A DNA stretch of 64,000 nucleotides. Source: a virus. Of this stretch, positions 61,852-64,000 are shown piece after piece. The stretch is from IMG/VR virus record IMGVR_UViG_3300025073_000006; one strand, given 5' to 3'. Made by a program: the position numbers and the translations under genes. The stretch's first letter is position 1. Each line of letters begins with the position of its first letter. The notes under the pieces were generated by a model, which was given only the letters and a program-made list of their open reading frames with translations, was not told the DNA's origin and searched no databases.

Positions 61852-62709
61852 ATGCCCGACACCGACGACCCGATCCCCGGCATCTACAACATGCCCTTTC
61901 CGGCGTACAAGGCCATCAGGGCTGTGAACGCGAGCAGCCTCAAGGTCGCCGCGTCCCGGTCCTGGGCCGCCTACCGCTACGACCAGGATCACCCGACCGA
62001 CGGCCACACGGCGAGCAGGGGCGCGCTGCGTGCCTACCACTGCATGACCCTCGAGGGCGCGGAGGAGTTCGACCGTCAGTTCTGGGTTCACGACCTGCAC
62101 CGGGCCAGCAAAGAGTACAAGACCATCGCGCCCGGGATGACAGCGTTGGGCAGGACCGACATCAAGACGGCCGAGCGCGACACGGCCACCGCCCTCAGCG
62201 CCAAGCTGCGCGCGGATCCGAAGACCGCCCGCTACCTCACCGGGGACGGCCATTCCGAGGTCACCCTGGTCTGGGTCGACCCCGAGACGGGTATCCTCTG
62301 CAAGGCGCGCCTCGACCGTCTCGTCCCTGGCATCATCGTCGACCTCAAGAACGTGGGCAGTACCGACGAGCGCCTTGTCCGTAGCCAGTGCCACAGGCTG
62401 CACTGGCACCTCCAGGCGGCTCACTACGTCACCGGCGCCAAGGTGCTGCTTGGGCGCGATCACGGGTTCCGCCTGATCGGTTTCGAGGACCGCCAGCCCT
62501 ACGAGTCCGCGGTGTTCGCTTTCACCCCTGACGACCTGCTCGGAGTCGGCGAGCGCCTGCGGTTCGACTTGATGCGCGAGCTGGCCGAGAACCGCAAGAA
62601 CAACACCTGGCCCGAGCGTCACGAGGACGAAGTGGAGCTTGAGGCCCCCGACTACCTCCTCCCCGAGATGGAAGACATCGACACCGACAACACGGAGGAC
62701 ATGCCATGA
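61852..62709 (+). CDS. RecE/exonuclease VIII-like PD-(D/E)XK recombination exonuclease
   Basis: GIYNMPFPAYKAI...SSLK start, E..L.W.D..TG..CKARLDRL....IVDLKNV catalytic core, Q.A.Y motif. This is the pattern of DUF3799/RecE-like phage exonucleases. Confidence 0.7.
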   Translation: MPDTDDPIPGIYNMPFPAYKAIRAVNASSLKVAASRSWAAYRYDQDHPTDGHTASRGALRAYHCMTLEGAEEFDRQFWVHDLHRASKEYKTIAPGMTALGRTDIKTAERDTATALSAKLRADPKTARYLTGDGHSEVTLVWVDPETGILCKARLDRLVPGIIVDLKNVGSTDERLVRSQCHRLHWHLQAAHYVTGAKVLLGRDHGFRLIGFEDRQPYESAVFAFTPDDLLGVGERLRFDLMRELAENRKNNTWPERHEDEVELEAPDYLLPEMEDIDTDNTEDMP

Positions 62710-63350
62710 GCCGCGACGATCTCGACCTCACCGAAGCAATGGCCGTCGATTCTACCCGACTGAACGCCGATGATCTGATCTCGGGATCGATCACGGTTCA
62801 GATCACGGGCGCCAAGACCTACCGCGCGAACGGCAAGCAGCGGGTCCAGTACGCCATCACGGGCGGGCACATGCCCTGGCACCCGTGCAAGACGCAGATG
62901 CGGCTGATGACCGAGATCGCCGGATCCCCCTCCGCTCGCCCGTGGGTGGGCAAGTGGGTTGCGCTGTTCCGCGATCCCGAAGTCACGTTCGGCAGCGACA
63001 AGACCGGCGGCGTTCGGCTCGCCGCCGTCGACGCCTCCATGTTGGACCGCCCGCGCGAGTTCAGCGTGCGGACCGGCAAGACGGCGCGCACGACCTACGA
63101 GATCGACGTGATCCGCAACCAGCGCAACCGGGGCGCACCGACCGCTGACCTCGACGGCGTGCTGGCCGATGCTGGCCTCACCGTCGCCGACCTCGACGCC
63201 TACCGCGCCACCCTCGGCAAGTCCCCCACGTCCGACCTCACCGCCGACCAGCGCGCCCAGATGGCCGTCTGGCTGGCCGATCCCCGCAACGCCGACAAAG
63301 TCCGTCCGTCCGCCGACACCGGCACCGCCCGCGAACCGGGCGAGGAGTAG
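62706..63350 (+). CDS. Hypothetical recombination-module protein (214 aa)
   Basis: Track ORF with ATGA overlap with the exonuclease gene. Confidence 0.6.
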   Translation: MSRDDLDLTEAMAVDSTRLNADDLISGSITVQITGAKTYRANGKQRVQYAITGGHMPWHPCKTQMRLMTEIAGSPSARPWVGKWVALFRDPEVTFGSDKTGGVRLAAVDASMLDRPREFSVRTGKTARTTYEIDVIRNQRNRGAPTADLDGVLADAGLTVADLDAYRATLGKSPTSDLTADQRAQMAVWLADPRNADKVRPSADTGTAREPGEE

Positions 63351-63353
63351 ACC

Positions 63354-64000
63354 ATGTCCAGCGACCACACCCACAACACCATCACCAGCGCCGAGGTCCA
63401 CGCCCTGCACGGCGGCACCCCGACCGGCCTCAAGCGCCAGGTGTTCCGCAGCGTCTTCGCGGGCGTCGACCTGTTCATCGGCCCCAACGGCGCGGGCAAG
63501 ACCACGCAGGGCCCGCTCGTCCTGGTCACCGCACAGGAGGGCCTCGCCGAGAAGCCCACCGACACGCGCCGCCCCTACCTGGGCTCGACGCTCCCCCGCG
63601 ACACCGGCCTCACCGTGACCGTGCGACTCCCCTCACGCGAGGAGCGGAGCTGGACCCGCGACCTGGGCGCCACGCGCGGCAACGCGAAGGCCGAGCCCGA
63701 CGGGCAGGCGCGGACCTACCTGGGCCATCTCCCGACCGCGTGGGACCTGAGCGACTTCTCGAGCGGCACGGCCGGCGACCGCGCGAAGATCCTCGACGCC
63801 GCTGCCAGGGCGGGCGGGGCCATCGAGGCGTGGGACGCGAAGACCGCACAGGCCAAGGTCCGCGCGCACATCCTCCCGGCCCTCGTCGACGGCGAGCAGG
63901 CGAGCGCCCGCGAACCGGCCGAGGTGGCGCTGACCGAAGCGACCCTCGAAACCCTCGACGAGTGCATCGCGGCGCTCCCGACCGCCGCGACCGGCGCCGA
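63354..64000 (+). CDS. SMC/SbcC/RecF-type P-loop ATPase, 5' partial (runs off the window)
   Basis: Not on the ORF track because there is no stop in the window. ATG 63354 follows GAGGAG. My own translation gives ..FAGVDLFIGPNGAGKTTQ.., the N-terminal Walker A typical of SMC-like ATPases. Confidence 0.65.
   Translation, partial: MSSDHTHNTITSAEVHALHGGTPTGLKRQVFRSVFAGVDLFIGPNGAGKTTQGPLVLVTAQEGLAEKPTDTRRPYLGSTLPRDTGLTVTVRLPSREERSWTRDLGATRGNAKAEPDGQARTYLGHLPTAWDLSDFSSGTAGDRAKILDAAARAGGAIEAWDAKTAQAKVRAHILPALVDGEQASAREPAEVALTEATLETLDECIAALPTAATGA

Larger units (their letters stand above)
1..64000. mobile_element. Tailed-phage genome segment with podovirus-like late module (free phage or interior of a prophage)
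   Basis: Contiguous terminase, portal, scaffold, capsid, tail, internal-virion, giant ejection protein, tail fibre and lysis genes on the minus strand, flanked by replication/recombination and early small-gene blocks. Pervasive ATGA/GTGA gene overlaps. No host housekeeping genes, tRNA, rRNA or integrase recognised. Confidence 0.85.

Noticed and set aside
1-64000. Apparent enrichment of the hexamer GGTTAC near regulatory elements (5055, 13628, 42904, 54544 on minus).
   Set aside because: My rough composition estimate predicts nearly 20 chance occurrences of such a hexamer on both strands of this window, so the hexamer alone is not informative. Only the longer elements are reported.
1-64000. 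Search for prophage borders (integrase, att repeats, flanking tRNA) and for phage RNA or DNA polymerase genes.
   Set aside because: None was recognisable by eye. The excisionase-like HTH is not accompanied by an integrase. I cannot say whether this is a prophage or a free phage genome, or whether the plus-strand blocks at the two window ends are contiguous in a circular map.

Overview
The window is very GC-rich by eye (GC not computed) and reads as tailed-phage DNA from end to end. I recognised no host housekeeping gene, rRNA, tRNA, CRISPR array or integrase.

Layout:
- 1..7117 (+): block of small early genes, including a C5 DNA methyltransferase.
- 7121..61729 (-): about 54.6 kb of co-oriented genes. 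In order of increasing coordinate these are the lysis cassette, tail-fibre region (with a sulfotransferase), a single 5,063-aa ORF, internal-virion proteins, tail, capsid, scaffold, portal, terminase, then a regulatory/replication block. That block holds a DEDDh exonuclease, a DUF927-type P-loop helicase, a PD-(D/E)XK nuclease, an SF2 helicase, a RecU-like resolvase, an HNH-HTH fusion and an XRE repressor.
- 61852..64000 (+): divergent recombination module (RecE-like exonuclease and an SMC/SbcC-like ATPase cut by the window end).

The late module looks podovirus-like: I saw no tape-measure or tail-sheath gene. Most neighbouring genes overlap by ATGA or GTGA, so I moved many starts inward from the longest ORF on the track. 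Many long opposite-strand ORFs are GC-driven shadows.

Most interesting observations:
1. The giant polyvalent virion protein carries two HExxH motifs, a ComF-like PRTase and two ART-like modules, and contains a duplicated module of about 0.7-0.9 kaa.
2. Eight [F/Y/H]-S-[R/K]-R linkers sit between its modules.
3. A [D/E]-P-M-x-R-A-A peptide is shared by seven virion-module proteins.
4. A dense TTGCGACG iteron cluster with an AT-rich core lies beside the helicase gene and is a putative origin.
5. A divergent promoter switch carries a 13-14 bp inverted element.
6. A sulfotransferase and a Cys-rich lipoprotein moron are embedded in the structural region.

All functional calls come from motifs read by eye. 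No database search was run.
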